Below are positions 1-13,042 of a DNA stretch of 64,000 nt, piece by piece (positions within the stretch are counted from its first letter, which is position 1; each line of letters begins with the position of its first letter). A program made the position numbers and the translations under genes. The DNA comes from an uncultured Gemmatimonadales bacterium (GTDB lineage: Bacteria; Gemmatimonadota; Gemmatimonadetes; Gemmatimonadales; GWC2-71-9). The DNA is taken from contig CAWCFX010000002.1 of assembly GCA_963795085.1 (NCBI GenBank), positions 320,001 through 384,000 on the forward strand, written 5' to 3'. The notes under the pieces were generated by a model that had not been told where the DNA came from, ran no database searches, and saw nothing but the letters and a program-made list of their open reading frames with translations.

Positions 1-895
1 GGTCACCGAGAGCCTGAAGGGCACCACCCTGGTGGTCTCCCTGGAGCCCTGTAACCACCAGGGCAAGCAACCGCCCTGCAGCGAGGCCATCCTCCGGAGC
101 GGCATTACCCGGGTAGTGGCGGCGGCGGCCGATCCCAATCCGGCCGCCGGAGGCGGCATGGAGCGGCTGCGCGAGGCGGGGATCGTCGTGGAGGTCGGTC
201 TCCTGCGGGAGGAGGCCGCCGCGCAGAACGCGGCCTTCTTTCACCAGTTCGCGGGGCGGAATCGTCCTTTCGTCGCGCTCAAACTGGCGACCAGCATCGA
301 CGGCCGCATCGCGGACCGGGCCGGGTCCTCCCGGTGGATCTCGGGCCCCCAGGCGCGCGAGTTCGTGCACTGGCTCCGGGCCGGGTTCGACGCCATCGGG
401 GTGGGGGGACGCACCGCCCGGGTAGATGATGCCTCGCTCACGGTTCGGGGTGACATCACCCCGCGGGTTCCGCCGGTCCGGGTCGTCTTCACGCGGACGG
501 GCGAACTCCCGCCCGCCAGCCGGCTCCTCACCACTCCCGCCGATGGGCCCGTGATCGTCGCCCGGCTCGGCTCCCCATCGCTGGCCGCGTCCGACCTTCC
601 CGCAGGGGACGTTTCGATCATCGGTGCCGAGGACCTGGCCGCCGTGCTGGCCCTGCTTCGGCAGCGCGGCATCACCTCGATCCTCGTGGAAGGCGGCGGG
701 GAACTCTCCGGGGCGCTGCTCGCAGCCGGGCTGGTGGACCGGTTCTACTGGGTGCAGTCTCCCGTCTGGCTCGGCGACCGTGGCATCCCCGCGTTCCAGG
801 GCCTACCGGCGCCGCTGCTGGGCTCGGCCCACCGGTGGACCGTGGTCGAGCGGCGGAGCCTGGGGCAGGACACCCTGCTGGTGGTAGATCGCTGA
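1..895 (+). CDS. ribD: Riboflavin biosynthesis deaminase/reductase RibD (5' end outside window)
   Basis: SLEPCNH..PPC zinc motif, KLATSIDG, SRWISG and LVEGGG reductase motifs; frame is open back to the window start. Confidence 0.95.
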   Translation, partial: VTESLKGTTLVVSLEPCNHQGKQPPCSEAILRSGITRVVAAAADPNPAAGGGMERLREAGIVVEVGLLREEAAAQNAAFFHQFAGRNRPFVALKLATSIDGRIADRAGSSRWISGPQAREFVHWLRAGFDAIGVGGRTARVDDASLTVRGDITPRVPPVRVVFTRTGELPPASRLLTTPADGPVIVARLGSPSLAASDLPAGDVSIIGAEDLAAVLALLRQRGITSILVEGGGELSGALLAAGLVDRFYWVQSPVWLGDRGIPAFQGLPAPLLGSAHRWTVVERRSLGQDTLLVVDR

Positions 896-1494
896 TGTTC
901 ACCGGATTGATCGAGGCGGTGGGGACCCTCGCGGAGTCGGCACGAGGCCCTGACGGACTGGTGCTCGCCATCGCGTCGCCGTTTCCCGACTTGTCGCCGG
1001 GCGAGAGCGTCGCCGTTGACGGGGCCTGCCTGACCGTTACCGACCCGGGGGCCGGCCGCTTCCGGGTGCAGGTGGTGCACTCGTCGCTGGAGCGCACCTG
1101 TTTCGCCCAGTACCTGCCCGGCCGCCGGATCAACCTGGAGCGCGCGGTCCGGGTGGGTGACCGGCTGGGCGGGCACCTGGTACAGGGTCATGTGGACGGC
1201 GTTGGCACGGTCCGGGCACTGGCGCGGCGGGAGGATGCCCTGCTCATGGATATCGACGTGCCCAGGGAGGTCGCCCGGGTCTCCATCCCGCTCGGTTCGA
1301 TTACCGTGGACGGCGTCAGCCTCACCGTCAACGCGATCCCGGCGCCCGGTGTGGTCCAGGTGTCGCTCATTCCCCATACCCTGGCGCACACCGCGCTCGG
1401 TGACCGAAAGGCCGGGGCGAGGGTACATTTGGAGGCGGATATGATCGCCAAATATGTCCGCCAGTTCGTGACCAGACCGGAAAGCACGGAGTGA
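895..1494 (+). CDS. ribE: Riboflavin synthase (alpha subunit)
   Basis: Starts MFTGLIE; GACLT, NLERA and [10 protein letters not shown] motifs; ATG overlaps the ribD TGA. Confidence 0.95.
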   Translation: MFTGLIEAVGTLAESARGPDGLVLAIASPFPDLSPGESVAVDGACLTVTDPGAGRFRVQVVHSSLERTCFAQYLPGRRINLERAVRVGDRLGGHLVQGHVDGVGTVRALARREDALLMDIDVPREVARVSIPLGSITVDGVSLTVNAIPAPGVVQVSLIPHTLAHTALGDRKAGARVHLEADMIAKYVRQFVTRPESTE

Positions 1495-2709
1495 ATGGAT
1501 TCTGACGCATTCGGCACTATCGAGCAGGCCATCGAAGACCTGCGCAACGGCAAGATCATCATCGTCGCCGATGACGAGGATCGCGAGAACGAAGGCGACC
1601 TGGTCTGCGCCGCCGAGCTGGTTACGCCGGAGACCATCAACTTCATGGCGATGCATGGCCGGGGACTGATCTGCCTGGCCCTCACCGGGGAGCGTTGCGA
1701 CCAGCTGGGCCTGGCCCAGATGTCCGACCGCAATACCGAAGCGCTGGGCACCGCCTTCACCGTGAGCATCGACGCCGAACGGCGGTTCGGCGTGTCCACC
1801 GGCATCTCGGCCGCCGACCGCGCCGCCACCATTCACGTCGCCATCAATCCGTCCACCACCCCCGGCGACCTGCGCCGCCCGGGCCACGTTTTTCCGCTCC
1901 GGGCCCGCCCTGGCGGCGTCCTGCAGCGGGTGGGGCAGACCGAGGCCAGCGTGGACCTGGCCCGGCTGGCCGGGCTGGTGCCCGCCGGCGTGATCTGCGA
2001 GATCCTCAACGCCGACGGTACCATGGCCCGACGGCCCGAGCTGGAGGTGTTCGCCGGCACCCACGGGCTCACCTTCATCACGGTGGCCCAGCTGGTCGCC
2101 TGGCGGCTGGGCAGCGAGAAGCTGATCCGCCGGGTGGCCGAGGCCCGGCTGCCGACCCAGTATGGCGAGTTCCGTATTATCGGCTACCAGAACGACGTAG
2201 ATACCGCGGAGCACGTGGCCCTGGTCCTCGGCGAGGTCGCCGGCGAGACGAACGTCCTGGTGCGGATGCACTCCAAGTGCCTGACCGGCGATGTGTTCGG
2301 GTCGATGCGCTGCGACTGCGGGCCCCAGCTGCACGCGGCGATGCGCATGATCGGGCAGGCCGGCAAGGGCGTCATCGTCTATCTGGACCAGGAGGGGCGG
2401 GGCATCGGCCTCCTCAACAAGCTGCGCGCCTACACGCTGCAGGACAGCGGCGACGACACCGTGGAAGCCAACAAGCGTCTCGGGTTCGGGGCCGATCTCC
2501 GCAACTACGGCATCGGGGCGCAGATCCTCCGCGACCTCGGCCTTTCATCCATCCGGATCATGACCAACAATCCCCGCAAGCTGGTCGGCCTCGAGGGCTA
2601 TGGCCTCGAGATCAGCGAGCGCCTGCCCCTGCAGTCCGATCCTACCGACGAAAACCGCGGCTATCTCGGCGTCAAGCGGGACAAGCTCGGCCACCTGCTG
2701 GCGCACTGA
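1495..2709 (+). CDS. ribBA: Bifunctional DHBP synthase / GTP cyclohydrolase II
   Basis: [33 protein letters not shown] and TNNPRK motifs. Confidence 0.97.
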   Translation: MDSDAFGTIEQAIEDLRNGKIIIVADDEDRENEGDLVCAAELVTPETINFMAMHGRGLICLALTGERCDQLGLAQMSDRNTEALGTAFTVSIDAERRFGVSTGISAADRAATIHVAINPSTTPGDLRRPGHVFPLRARPGGVLQRVGQTEASVDLARLAGLVPAGVICEILNADGTMARRPELEVFAGTHGLTFITVAQLVAWRLGSEKLIRRVAEARLPTQYGEFRIIGYQNDVDTAEHVALVLGEVAGETNVLVRMHSKCLTGDVFGSMRCDCGPQLHAAMRMIGQAGKGVIVYLDQEGRGIGLLNKLRAYTLQDSGDDTVEANKRLGFGADLRNYGIGAQILRDLGLSSIRIMTNNPRKLVGLEGYGLEISERLPLQSDPTDENRGYLGVKRDKLGHLLAH

Positions 2710-2710
2710 C

Positions 2711-3190
2711 GTGACCGAATACACGGGACACCTGCGCCGTACGGGGCGGGTCGCCATCGTCGTGAGCCGGTACAACGAACTGGTCACCACCCGCTTGCTG
2801 GAGGGCGCCCAGGCCTGCTGCGCCGAAGCGGCGATACCGGCGGCGGAGGTGGATGTGTACTGGGTACCCGGCGCCTTCGAGCTGGTGGGCGCGGCCGACG
2901 CCGCCGCGGCGACCGGCCGATACGCCTGCGTCATCGCCCTGGGAGCGGTGATCCGGGGCGAGACCCCGCATTTCGAGTTCGTGGCCGGCGAAACGACCCG
3001 GGGCCTGGGCCAGGTGGTGCTGGCCCGCTCGGTACCGGTGGGCTTCGGCCTGTTGACCGTGGATACCCTGGTGCAGGCCCGGGAGCGGGCCGGCGGCGCG
3101 GCCGGCAACAAAGGCTATGAGGCCGCCGAGGCCGCGCTGCGATCGGCCGACCTGCTGGCCCAGATGGGACGCGATGCCGCTCAGCCCTAA
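2711..3190 (+). CDS. ribH: 6,7-dimethyl-8-ribityllumazine synthase
   Basis: VPGAFE, GAVIRGETPHF and GNKG motifs; GTG start at 2711. Confidence 0.95.
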   Translation: MTEYTGHLRRTGRVAIVVSRYNELVTTRLLEGAQACCAEAAIPAAEVDVYWVPGAFELVGAADAAAATGRYACVIALGAVIRGETPHFEFVAGETTRGLGQVVLARSVPVGFGLLTVDTLVQARERAGGAAGNKGYEAAEAALRSADLLAQMGRDAAQP

Positions 3191-3590
3191 GACCCGGATG
3201 CGGGCCCGGACCCTGCAACTGCTCTATGCCTGGGAGATGCAGGGGGCGCCCGCCATGGTGAATGTCGCCAGCGGGCTGGTGCGAATCACCGGCCGGGTTC
3301 CCCGGGCGCTGGAAGAAGCCGAGCAGTTCGCCACCGCCGTGATCGAGCAGGCCGCGGACCTCGACGCGCAGGCGGAGGCCGCCGCGGAGAACTGGCGGAT
3401 CGAGCGGCTGGGTGTCATCGAGCGCAACATTCTCCGGATCGCGGTCCTCGAGCTGGCCCAGAACTCGGCCCCGCCCAAGGTCGTGATCAACGAGGCGGTC
3501 CAGCTGGCGCACTGGTTCGGCGGGCGGAAATCGCCGGGCTTCATCAACGGCGTACTGGACCGCATAGCGCATTCGCTTGGCCGCCTGTGA
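3174..3590 (+). CDS. nusB: Transcription antitermination factor NusB
   Basis: IERNILR, VVINEAVQLA and FINGVLD motifs; canonical ribH-nusB order. Confidence 0.93.
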   Translation: MPLSPKTRMRARTLQLLYAWEMQGAPAMVNVASGLVRITGRVPRALEEAEQFATAVIEQAADLDAQAEAAAENWRIERLGVIERNILRIAVLELAQNSAPPKVVINEAVQLAHWFGGRKSPGFINGVLDRIAHSLGRL

Positions 3591-4705
3591 ACATCCTGCT
3601 GGTGAACTGGCAGGACCGCGAGAATCCCCAGGCCGGGGGCGCGGAGATCCATCTCTTCGAGATCTTCTCCCGGCTGGCCGCCCAGGGCCACCGGGTCCGA
3701 CTGGTCTGTTCGGGCTGGGAGGGCGCGGCCCGGGAGGCGTCGGTGGACGGCATCGCGGTGCGGCGGACCGGCAACCGCTCGACCTTTACCCTGCGCGGGC
3801 GGGGGGCGGTGCGGGCGGAGATCCGTCGGGAAGCGCCCGACATCCTGGTGGAGGACATCAACAAGCTCCCGCTGTTTCTCTCCGGGCTCACGGCGGCGCC
3901 CCTCTACGTGATCATTCCCCACCTGTTCGGCGAGACCATTTTCCACGAGGCCGCCTGGCCCATGGCGGCGCTGGTCTGGCTCGCCGAGCGCCCGATTCCC
4001 CGGGCCTACCGGCGGGCGGCCTTTCACGCCATCAGCGAGAGTACCGCCGCCGACCTGGTTCAACGGGGCGTGCCGGAGGATCGAATCCGGGTGATACATC
4101 CCGGGGTGGACGCCGTCCGACACACCCCGGATCCGGGGGTGCGTGCCCCGGCGCCCAGGTTCCTCTATCTGGGCCGTCTCAAGCGCTACAAGGGTGTCGA
4201 GGTCGCCCTCCGCGCCCTGGCCGTGGCGCGCCGATCCCGTCCCGATCTTATCTTGGATGTTGCGGGGACCGGCGACGACCGGCCCCGCCTGGAGTCGATC
4301 GCCCGGAGCCTCGCGATCGGCGACGCCGTTCGCTTCCACGGTTTCGTGAGCGAAGCCGAGAAGCTCCGGCTGCTTCGGAGCAGCTGGGCCAACATCTTTC
4401 CCTCGCCCAAGGAAGGGTGGGGCATCACCATCGTGGAGGCGGCGGCCTGCGGGACCCCGTCGCTGGCCTCCGACAGCCCCGGCCTGCGGGACTCGGTTCG
4501 CCATGGCGAAACCGGGTACCTGGTGCCCCATGGCGATGCGGACGCCCTGGCCGCCCGGATGCTGGAACTGGCCGCCCAGCCCGCGCTGGTCCGGTCGCTG
4601 GGCTTGCGGGCCCGGGCCTTCGCGGAAGGGTTGAGCTGGGACGACGCGGCCCGGCACACTGAGCGCCACCTCAACGAGACGATTCGCAGCCACAAGGGAG
4701 AATAG
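3587..4705 (+). CDS. Glycosyltransferase family 4
   Basis: GGAE N-terminal motif, LGRLKRYKG and EGWGITIVEA (E-x7-E) motifs. Confidence 0.9.
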   Translation: MNILLVNWQDRENPQAGGAEIHLFEIFSRLAAQGHRVRLVCSGWEGAAREASVDGIAVRRTGNRSTFTLRGRGAVRAEIRREAPDILVEDINKLPLFLSGLTAAPLYVIIPHLFGETIFHEAAWPMAALVWLAERPIPRAYRRAAFHAISESTAADLVQRGVPEDRIRVIHPGVDAVRHTPDPGVRAPAPRFLYLGRLKRYKGVEVALRALAVARRSRPDLILDVAGTGDDRPRLESIARSLAIGDAVRFHGFVSEAEKLRLLRSSWANIFPSPKEGWGITIVEAAACGTPSLASDSPGLRDSVRHGETGYLVPHGDADALAARMLELAAQPALVRSLGLRARAFAEGLSWDDAARHTERHLNETIRSHKGE

Positions 4706-4707
4706 AA

Positions 4708-5019
4708 ATGCGCACCGTGATCACCGCTCTTCACTGTGAGATCCCTGACGTCCTCAAGGAGCGCGCCGAAGCCATTGGCGAGCGCCTCGGCCACCTGGCG
4801 CCGCGCGGCCAGGAGTGCACCATCGTGTTCGACTCCGAGGCCCCCAACAGCACCGCCACGGCCGAGGTCCGGCTGCACGTCCCGCCCGGCAAACTCCTGG
4901 TCGCCAAGGGTGAGGGGGTGGATCACCGGACCGCCCTGGACCGGGCGGAGGAGCGGTTGCGCAGCCAGCTGGACAAGGTTTCCAAGCCCGGCGTCAGAGC
5001 GAGGGCCCAGGGGGCGTGA
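4708..5019 (+). CDS. hpf: Ribosome hibernation promoting factor (HPF/RaiA family, short form)
   Basis: 103 aa; ITALH..., AEVRLHVP and ALDRAEERLRSQL pattern; directly upstream of hprK. Confidence 0.8.
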   Translation: MRTVITALHCEIPDVLKERAEAIGERLGHLAPRGQECTIVFDSEAPNSTATAEVRLHVPPGKLLVAKGEGVDHRTALDRAEERLRSQLDKVSKPGVRARAQGA

Positions 5020-5981
5020 ACCTCCGGCTGCGCGACCTGCTGAGCCGGAAGGGCGACCCGCTTCAGCTGGAGACCATGACCGGCGATTCGGGTCTCGACC
5101 GGTTCGTGCCCGACGGCGAGATCTCCAGCCCCGGGCTGGCACTGGCGGGGTACACCGGGCGGTTCGCGCCGCACCGCCTGCACGTGCTGGGCGAAACCGA
5201 GATCAGCTATCTCGCTTCGCTCGATGCCGTGACGCGCAGCCGGACCCTGGAAGGGCTCTTCGCGTTTGACCTGCCCTGCGTCTTCGTGACCAAGGGGCAG
5301 GAGGTGCCCCCCGAAATGCTGGAGCTGGCCCGCCGGCAGGGAACACCGGTGCTCCGGACCCGGCTCAAGACGGCGGAGTTCTACCGGCGGATCAAGCCGA
5401 TTCTCGAAGAAGCGTTCGCGCCCCGCACTACCCTGCACGGGTCGCTGGCCGACGTGTACGGCGTGGGGCTGCTCTTCGTGGGCCGCTCCGGGATCGGCAA
5501 GAGCGAGTGCGTCCTCGACCTGGTGGAACGGGGCCACCGCCTGGTGGCCGACGACGTGGTGCAGGTGACCCGGCGGGGCCAGGACATTCTGATCGGCCAG
5601 GGGCACGAGCTGGCCGCCCACCACATGGAGATCCGGGGTATCGGCCTCATTGATATTCCCCGGCTGTTCGGCGTCCGCTCGGTGCGGCAGCAGAAGCGGA
5701 TCGAGGTGATCGTGCAGCTGGACGACTGGGAAACCACCGGCGATGCCGAGCGCACCGGCCTGACCCACGCGGAAACCGTGGTGCTCGAGGTCACCCTGCC
5801 CAAGGTCATCGTGCCGCTCAACCCCGGCAAGAATATCACCGTCATCTCCGAGGTCGTGGCCATGGCCCACCTGCTGCGCTATTCCGGCGTGGATATGGCC
5901 GCGGCCTTCAATGAACGGCTGATCCGGAAAATGAAAGATCGGAAAGGCCTCCGCGAGTACCTGGCCGAAGACTATGAATGA
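5016..5981 (+). CDS. hprK: HPr kinase/phosphorylase
   Basis: GRSGIGKSE Walker A, GHRLVADD and MEIRGIG motifs. Confidence 0.96.
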   Translation: MNLRLRDLLSRKGDPLQLETMTGDSGLDRFVPDGEISSPGLALAGYTGRFAPHRLHVLGETEISYLASLDAVTRSRTLEGLFAFDLPCVFVTKGQEVPPEMLELARRQGTPVLRTRLKTAEFYRRIKPILEEAFAPRTTLHGSLADVYGVGLLFVGRSGIGKSECVLDLVERGHRLVADDVVQVTRRGQDILIGQGHELAAHHMEIRGIGLIDIPRLFGVRSVRQQKRIEVIVQLDDWETTGDAERTGLTHAETVVLEVTLPKVIVPLNPGKNITVISEVVAMAHLLRYSGVDMAAAFNERLIRKMKDRKGLREYLAEDYE

Positions 5982-6354
5982 GCCGCTGCGCGGGGTGATC
6001 GCGTGTCACGGACGGCTGGCGGAAGCGCTGATCGACGCCACCGAGCGGATCAGCGGGGTGACCGGGGCGCTGGTGCCGGTGACCAACACCGACTGCGACC
6101 GCGGGCTCATCGAGCAGCGGATTGCCGCCGCCGTCGGCGACGGGCCGGCGATCGTCTTCACCGACATGGCCAGCGGCAGCTGCCTCATCGCGGCGGCCAC
6201 CCTGGCCCGGAAGCAGGGGCAGGGCCGGGTCGCCGTGGTCACCGGCGTGAACCTGGCGATGCTGATCGATTTCGTGTTTCACCGCGAGCTGACCCTGGCC
6301 GCCGCGACGGCCCGCATCGCCGAATCGGGGCGGAAGGCCATCCAGGTACCCTGA
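5974..6354 (+). CDS. PTS mannose/sorbose-family EIIA
   Basis: GVIACHG phospho-His motif, FTDMASGS and VTGVNLAML. Confidence 0.9.
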   Translation: MNEPLRGVIACHGRLAEALIDATERISGVTGALVPVTNTDCDRGLIEQRIAAAVGDGPAIVFTDMASGSCLIAAATLARKQGQGRVAVVTGVNLAMLIDFVFHRELTLAAATARIAESGRKAIQVP

Positions 6355-6827
6355 TGTCCATTCTGCTTTACCGGGTCGACGACCGCCTGGTCCATGGGCA
6401 GGTGGTAATCGGGTGGGGAACGCCCATGGGCATCGAGTTCATCCTGCTGGTCGATGACCAGGTGCGGGAGAGCGCCTGGGAACAGGACCTCTACCGCATG
6501 GGCGTCCCGCCCGGCGTGGAACTGATATTCGCCAGCACGAAGGAGGCGGCCGAGGCTGTTCCCCGGATGGCCGCCGATCGCCGGCGGGGCATTCTGCTGG
6601 CGGCCGGCGTGGATACCATGACGGGCCTCCAGGCGGCGGGGGTCGTGATTCCCCGGCTCAACCTGGGAGGGATTCACCACCAGCCGGGACGAACCGAGCG
6701 CCTGCCCTATCTCTACCTGACCGACGAGGAGCTGGCCCAGTTGGTCGCGCTGCAAGCCGGCGGCGTGGACGTCACGGCCCAGGATCTTCCCACCGCCAGC
6801 CCGGTCGCGCTGGGGGCCCTGCCATGA
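6354..6827 (+). CDS. PTS mannose/sorbose-family EIIB
   Basis: RVDDRLVHGQV motif and NLGG; ATG overlaps the upstream TGA. Confidence 0.93.
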   Translation: MSILLYRVDDRLVHGQVVIGWGTPMGIEFILLVDDQVRESAWEQDLYRMGVPPGVELIFASTKEAAEAVPRMAADRRRGILLAAGVDTMTGLQAAGVVIPRLNLGGIHHQPGRTERLPYLYLTDEELAQLVALQAGGVDVTAQDLPTASPVALGALP

Positions 6828-7531
6828 CGCCGCCGCTGCTGCTCCTCGGCCTGCTGCTCCTCTGGGGCACCATCGTGGGACTGGACCTGGTCACCGTGCC
6901 GCAGAGCATGGTGTCCCGTCCGCTGGTGGCGGGCGCGGTGACCGGGCTGATCGTGAGCCTGGTGCAGCCCGGAGTCTATTCCGTCTCGCCGCTCGGCACC
7001 GGGCTCATGGTGGGCGCGGTCCTGGAGCTCTACGCGCTCGATGTCCTGCCCTTCGGGGCCTCGCGGTACCCCGACTACGGCCCCGCCACCGTGGCGGCCG
7101 TGTATGCGGCGCTGGGGTGGCGGCCCGAGCTCGGGCTGGGGGCCTCGGTCGGCGTGGGACTGCTCATCGCCGTCCTGGGCGGTTGGCTGATGCAGATGAT
7201 GCGCCGCGCCAATGCCGCCGCCATTCAGCGCCGGGCCGCCGCGCTTTCGGCCGGCGAGTCGGACGCCATTCGGGCCCTCCAGTGGGGCGGCGTCCGCCGC
7301 GACATCGTGCGGAGCGCGGGGGTGACCCTGACCGGCCTCATGGTGGCGACCATCATCTGGCCGCTGCTGCCACCGGGATCGGAGAACTTCCGGTGGCTGA
7401 CCCTGGTCGCGGTGGCCGGCGGCATTGCGGCGGCCATCGGGGGCGCCATCCGGAGCGCCGGCCGCACCCGGCGGCTGGCCTGGGCGGCCGCGGGACTCGG
7501 CGCCGGGGTGCTCCTCGTGGTGCTTCGATGA
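6824..7531 (+). CDS. PTS mannose/sorbose-family EIIC
   Basis: Hydrophobic; SRPLVAG and GAVLEL..L...PFGA motifs. Confidence 0.85.
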   Translation: MTPPLLLLGLLLLWGTIVGLDLVTVPQSMVSRPLVAGAVTGLIVSLVQPGVYSVSPLGTGLMVGAVLELYALDVLPFGASRYPDYGPATVAAVYAALGWRPELGLGASVGVGLLIAVLGGWLMQMMRRANAAAIQRRAAALSAGESDAIRALQWGGVRRDIVRSAGVTLTGLMVATIIWPLLPPGSENFRWLTLVAVAGGIAAAIGGAIRSAGRTRRLAWAAAGLGAGVLLVVLR

Positions 7532-8262
7532 ACGGAAGGCTGCGGGCATCGCTCCGGCTGCTGGCGGTGCAAGGCGCCTGGAACTACGAACGGCTGCTGG
7601 GCGTGGGCATGGGCTACGCCGCGGAACCACTGCTCAAGGACCTCGAATCGGCCGATCCAACCCGGCACGCCGAGGCGGTCGTCCGCTCGGCCGAGTTCTT
7701 CAATTGTCATCCCTACCTGGCCGGGCTGGCACTGGGTGCCACCGTGAAAGCCGAGTACGAGTCGGTCCCCGGCGCCCAGATCGTCCGGCTCCGGACCGCG
7801 CTGTGCAGCCCGCTCGGCGCGCTGGGCGACCAGTTCTTCTGGAGCGGGCTGCTGCCGGCTCTGATGGGCGCGGCCCTGGTGCTGGCCGGGCTCGGCGCCG
7901 GGGTGTGGGGCGTCCTCGGGTTCCTGCTGGTGTACAATGTCGTGCGGACGTTCACCGGGGCCTGGGCGCTCTCGACCGGTCTCCGCGCCGGGATGGATGT
8001 GGGACGTTCGATCGCGCAGTCCTGGCTGCCGGGCGCCGCCCGGGTGGCGGGTTTCGGGGCGGGCGCCCTGGTCGGTCTTGCCGTCCCGGTGGTGGCGCAA
8101 TGGACGCTCCGCTGGGCCAGTCCCTCGCAGGTAGTGGTGGCCCTGGCGATCGCCGCCCTGGGCGTCGGGCTGTCGCTCCGGTTTCGCCACACGGTGACGG
8201 CGGTGCGTTTCGCCCTCTCTCTTCTTGTCCTCACGGTGCTATGGCGCTGGACAACATCCTGA
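7528..8262 (+). CDS. PTS mannose/sorbose-family EIID
   Basis: QGAWNYER, FFNCHPY and PLGALGDQFFW motifs. Confidence 0.9.
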   Translation: MNGRLRASLRLLAVQGAWNYERLLGVGMGYAAEPLLKDLESADPTRHAEAVVRSAEFFNCHPYLAGLALGATVKAEYESVPGAQIVRLRTALCSPLGALGDQFFWSGLLPALMGAALVLAGLGAGVWGVLGFLLVYNVVRTFTGAWALSTGLRAGMDVGRSIAQSWLPGAARVAGFGAGALVGLAVPVVAQWTLRWASPSQVVVALAIAALGVGLSLRFRHTVTAVRFALSLLVLTVLWRWTTS

Positions 8263-8525
8263 CGCAGCGCGATGTCAAGATCATCAACCCGCTGGGCCTG
8301 CACGCCCGGCCGGCGGCGTTGTTCGTCAAGCTCGCCACGACGTTTCAGTCCGATGTCGAGATCGGCAACGATTCCATGACCGTCAATGGCAAGAGCATCA
8401 TGGGAGTGATGATGCTGGCCGCCGAGTGCGGGAGCCGGGTGCGCATCCGGACCTCCGGCGAGGATGCCGAACAGGCGGTTACCGCCCTGGCCGCGCTGGT
8501 GGAGAGAGGATTCGGCGAACGATGA
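8259..8525 (+). CDS. ptsH: Phosphocarrier protein HPr (probable CTG start; alternative ATG at 8241)
   Basis: GLHARPA and KSIMGVM; a start at CTG 8259 places His at 15 and Ser at 46. Confidence 0.92.
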   Translation: MTQRDVKIINPLGLHARPAALFVKLATTFQSDVEIGNDSMTVNGKSIMGVMMLAAECGSRVRIRTSGEDAEQAVTALAALVERGFGER

Positions 8526-10300
8526 TCGACCGCCTGTTGCGGGGGATCGGGGTGTCGCCCGGCGTCGCCTACGCGACGGCCGTCGTGGTGCGCTGGGAGT
8601 TCCCCGACGTGCCGGACCGGACCGTGTCCGACCTGGAGATTGACAGTGAGGTCGGCCGGCTCCAGGTGGCGGTGGGCGAAGTGGCCCGGGAATTGGACCT
8701 GCTGCGGCTCCGGGTGCTGGAGCGGGCGGGAGAAGAAGAATCCCGGATCTTCGACGCCCAGATCCTGATGGTGCAGGACGTCGAGTTTCTCAAAGAAGTG
8801 GAACAGCTGATCCGGCAGAACCGGCTGAGCGCGGAGACCGCCTTCGAGTTCAAGTCGCTGGAGCTGCGGAACCTGTGGGGCAACTCGGGGAGCGCCCGGC
8901 TCCGGGAGCGGCTGGCCGATATCGCCGCCGTGCAGATGCGGGTCCTGCAGCGGCTCCTGGGTGCCGCCCCTCACCGGCTGTGGGAGGGCGAGGAGGGAGA
9001 CCGGGTGATCGTGGTCACCCACGAGCTGTCGCCCGGGCTGACCGTACAGTTCGACCGGGACTACGTGGTGGGACTGATCAGCGAGGAAGGCACCCGGACT
9101 TCCCATGCCGCCATCCTGGCGCACTCCCTCGGCATTCCCACGGTGATGGGAGCGGTCAACGCGCTGGAGCGGATCAAGACCGGAACGCCGCTGCTGATCG
9201 ACGGCCAGAGCGGCGCCATCCTGCTCGACCCGACGCCGGCCGAGCGGGACGAGACGATGGCGTACATCATCCGGCGCCGCCGCCTCGACTTCGAGCTGCA
9301 GTCCACCCTGGCGCTTCCCTGCGTCACCGCCGACGGCCATCGCATCCACCTGCTCGGCAACGTGGATCTGCCGGAGGAAATCGAGTCGGCCCAGATGAAC
9401 GGAGCCGAGGGGGTCGGACTGCTCCGAACCGAGTTCCTGGTGGTCGGCCGCGCGACCCTCCCGACCGAAGACGAGCAGGCGGCCTACTTCCGGCGGATCG
9501 CCGATGCGTTTCACGACCACCCGGTGATCATCCGCTCGTTCGACCTGGGCGGCGACAAGTTTCCCGCCGCCTTCCAGGCGGCCGAAGAGGCCAACCCGTT
9601 CCTCGGCTGGCGCTCGATCCGGGTCTGCCTGGACCAGCCCGAGATTTTCCGCCCCCAGGTCCGCGCGATCCTGCGTGCCGCCAAGGACCGGCCGATCAAG
9701 CTGATGCTGCCGCTGGTGACCACCGTGGAGGAGGTACTGGAGTCCAGGGCCATCGTGGAGGAGGAAGCAGCCGCGCTGGCGCGCGACGGGATCCCGGCGG
9801 CCGAGTCGGTCCCGGTCGGGGTGATGGTGGAGACGCCAGCCGCGGTGGTCATCGCCGACCAGCTCGCCGCAGTGAGCGCCTTCTTCAGCGTCGGCACCAA
9901 CGACCTGACCCAGTACACGCTGGCCGTGGACCGGGGCAACGCGCGGCTGGCCGCCCGTTTCACCCCCCACCACCCGGCGGTGGTGCGCCAGCTCAAGACC
10001 ATCGCCGAGGCCGCGACCCGGGCCGGCATTTCCGCCAGCGTCTGCGGCGAGATGGCCTCCGACCCGCTGTCGGCGGTGCTGCTGGTCGGGCTGGGGTATG
10101 ACACGTTGAGCGTGGGCCCCCCGGATTTGTCGCTCATCAAATGGGTGATCCGGCGGGTGCCGCTGGAATCCGCGCGGCTGGCCGCGGCGGCCAGCCTGGA
10201 AGCCACCACGGCGCCGCTGGTGACCCAGGCGATCCGGGAGGTGGTGCGGCGCCACCTCGACATGCGGCTGCTCGAGTCGGGCGCTCTGTTGCCGGGCTAG
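8522..10300 (+). CDS. ptsI: PTS enzyme I (phosphoenolpyruvate-protein phosphotransferase)
   Basis: TSHAAILA phospho-His, [23 protein letters not shown] and VCGEMA motifs. Confidence 0.97.
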   Translation: MIDRLLRGIGVSPGVAYATAVVVRWEFPDVPDRTVSDLEIDSEVGRLQVAVGEVARELDLLRLRVLERAGEEESRIFDAQILMVQDVEFLKEVEQLIRQNRLSAETAFEFKSLELRNLWGNSGSARLRERLADIAAVQMRVLQRLLGAAPHRLWEGEEGDRVIVVTHELSPGLTVQFDRDYVVGLISEEGTRTSHAAILAHSLGIPTVMGAVNALERIKTGTPLLIDGQSGAILLDPTPAERDETMAYIIRRRRLDFELQSTLALPCVTADGHRIHLLGNVDLPEEIESAQMNGAEGVGLLRTEFLVVGRATLPTEDEQAAYFRRIADAFHDHPVIIRSFDLGGDKFPAAFQAAEEANPFLGWRSIRVCLDQPEIFRPQVRAILRAAKDRPIKLMLPLVTTVEEVLESRAIVEEEAAALARDGIPAAESVPVGVMVETPAAVVIADQLAAVSAFFSVGTNDLTQYTLAVDRGNARLAARFTPHHPAVVRQLKTIAEAATRAGISASVCGEMASDPLSAVLLVGLGYDTLSVGPPDLSLIKWVIRRVPLESARLAAAASLEATTAPLVTQAIREVVRRHLDMRLLESGALLPG

Positions 10301-10317
10301 TGCCGCCCTGCTAATCT
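10289..10317 (+). promoter_or_regulatory. Putative sigma70-type promoter of metK-ahcY
   Basis: TTGCCG (10289-10294), 17-bp spacer, TAATCT (10312-10317) preceded by a TGn extended -10. Confidence 0.55.
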
Positions 10318-10352
10318 TCACGCTCTTCCTTCCCCATCTGGGACCTGATTTC

Positions 10353-12966
<2,614 letters not shown>

Positions 12967-13042
12967 GGACGTGTGATCGGAAGCCTTGCCTTCCTTCACC
13001 GTCCCTCTTAGTTCTCAGCAGGGAACCTCAAAAAGGCTGGGT

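Noticed and set aside
10301..10352. SAM or SAH riboswitch upstream of metK/ahcY
   Set aside because: Only 52 nt, partly occupied by the predicted promoter, with no recognisable aptamer motifs
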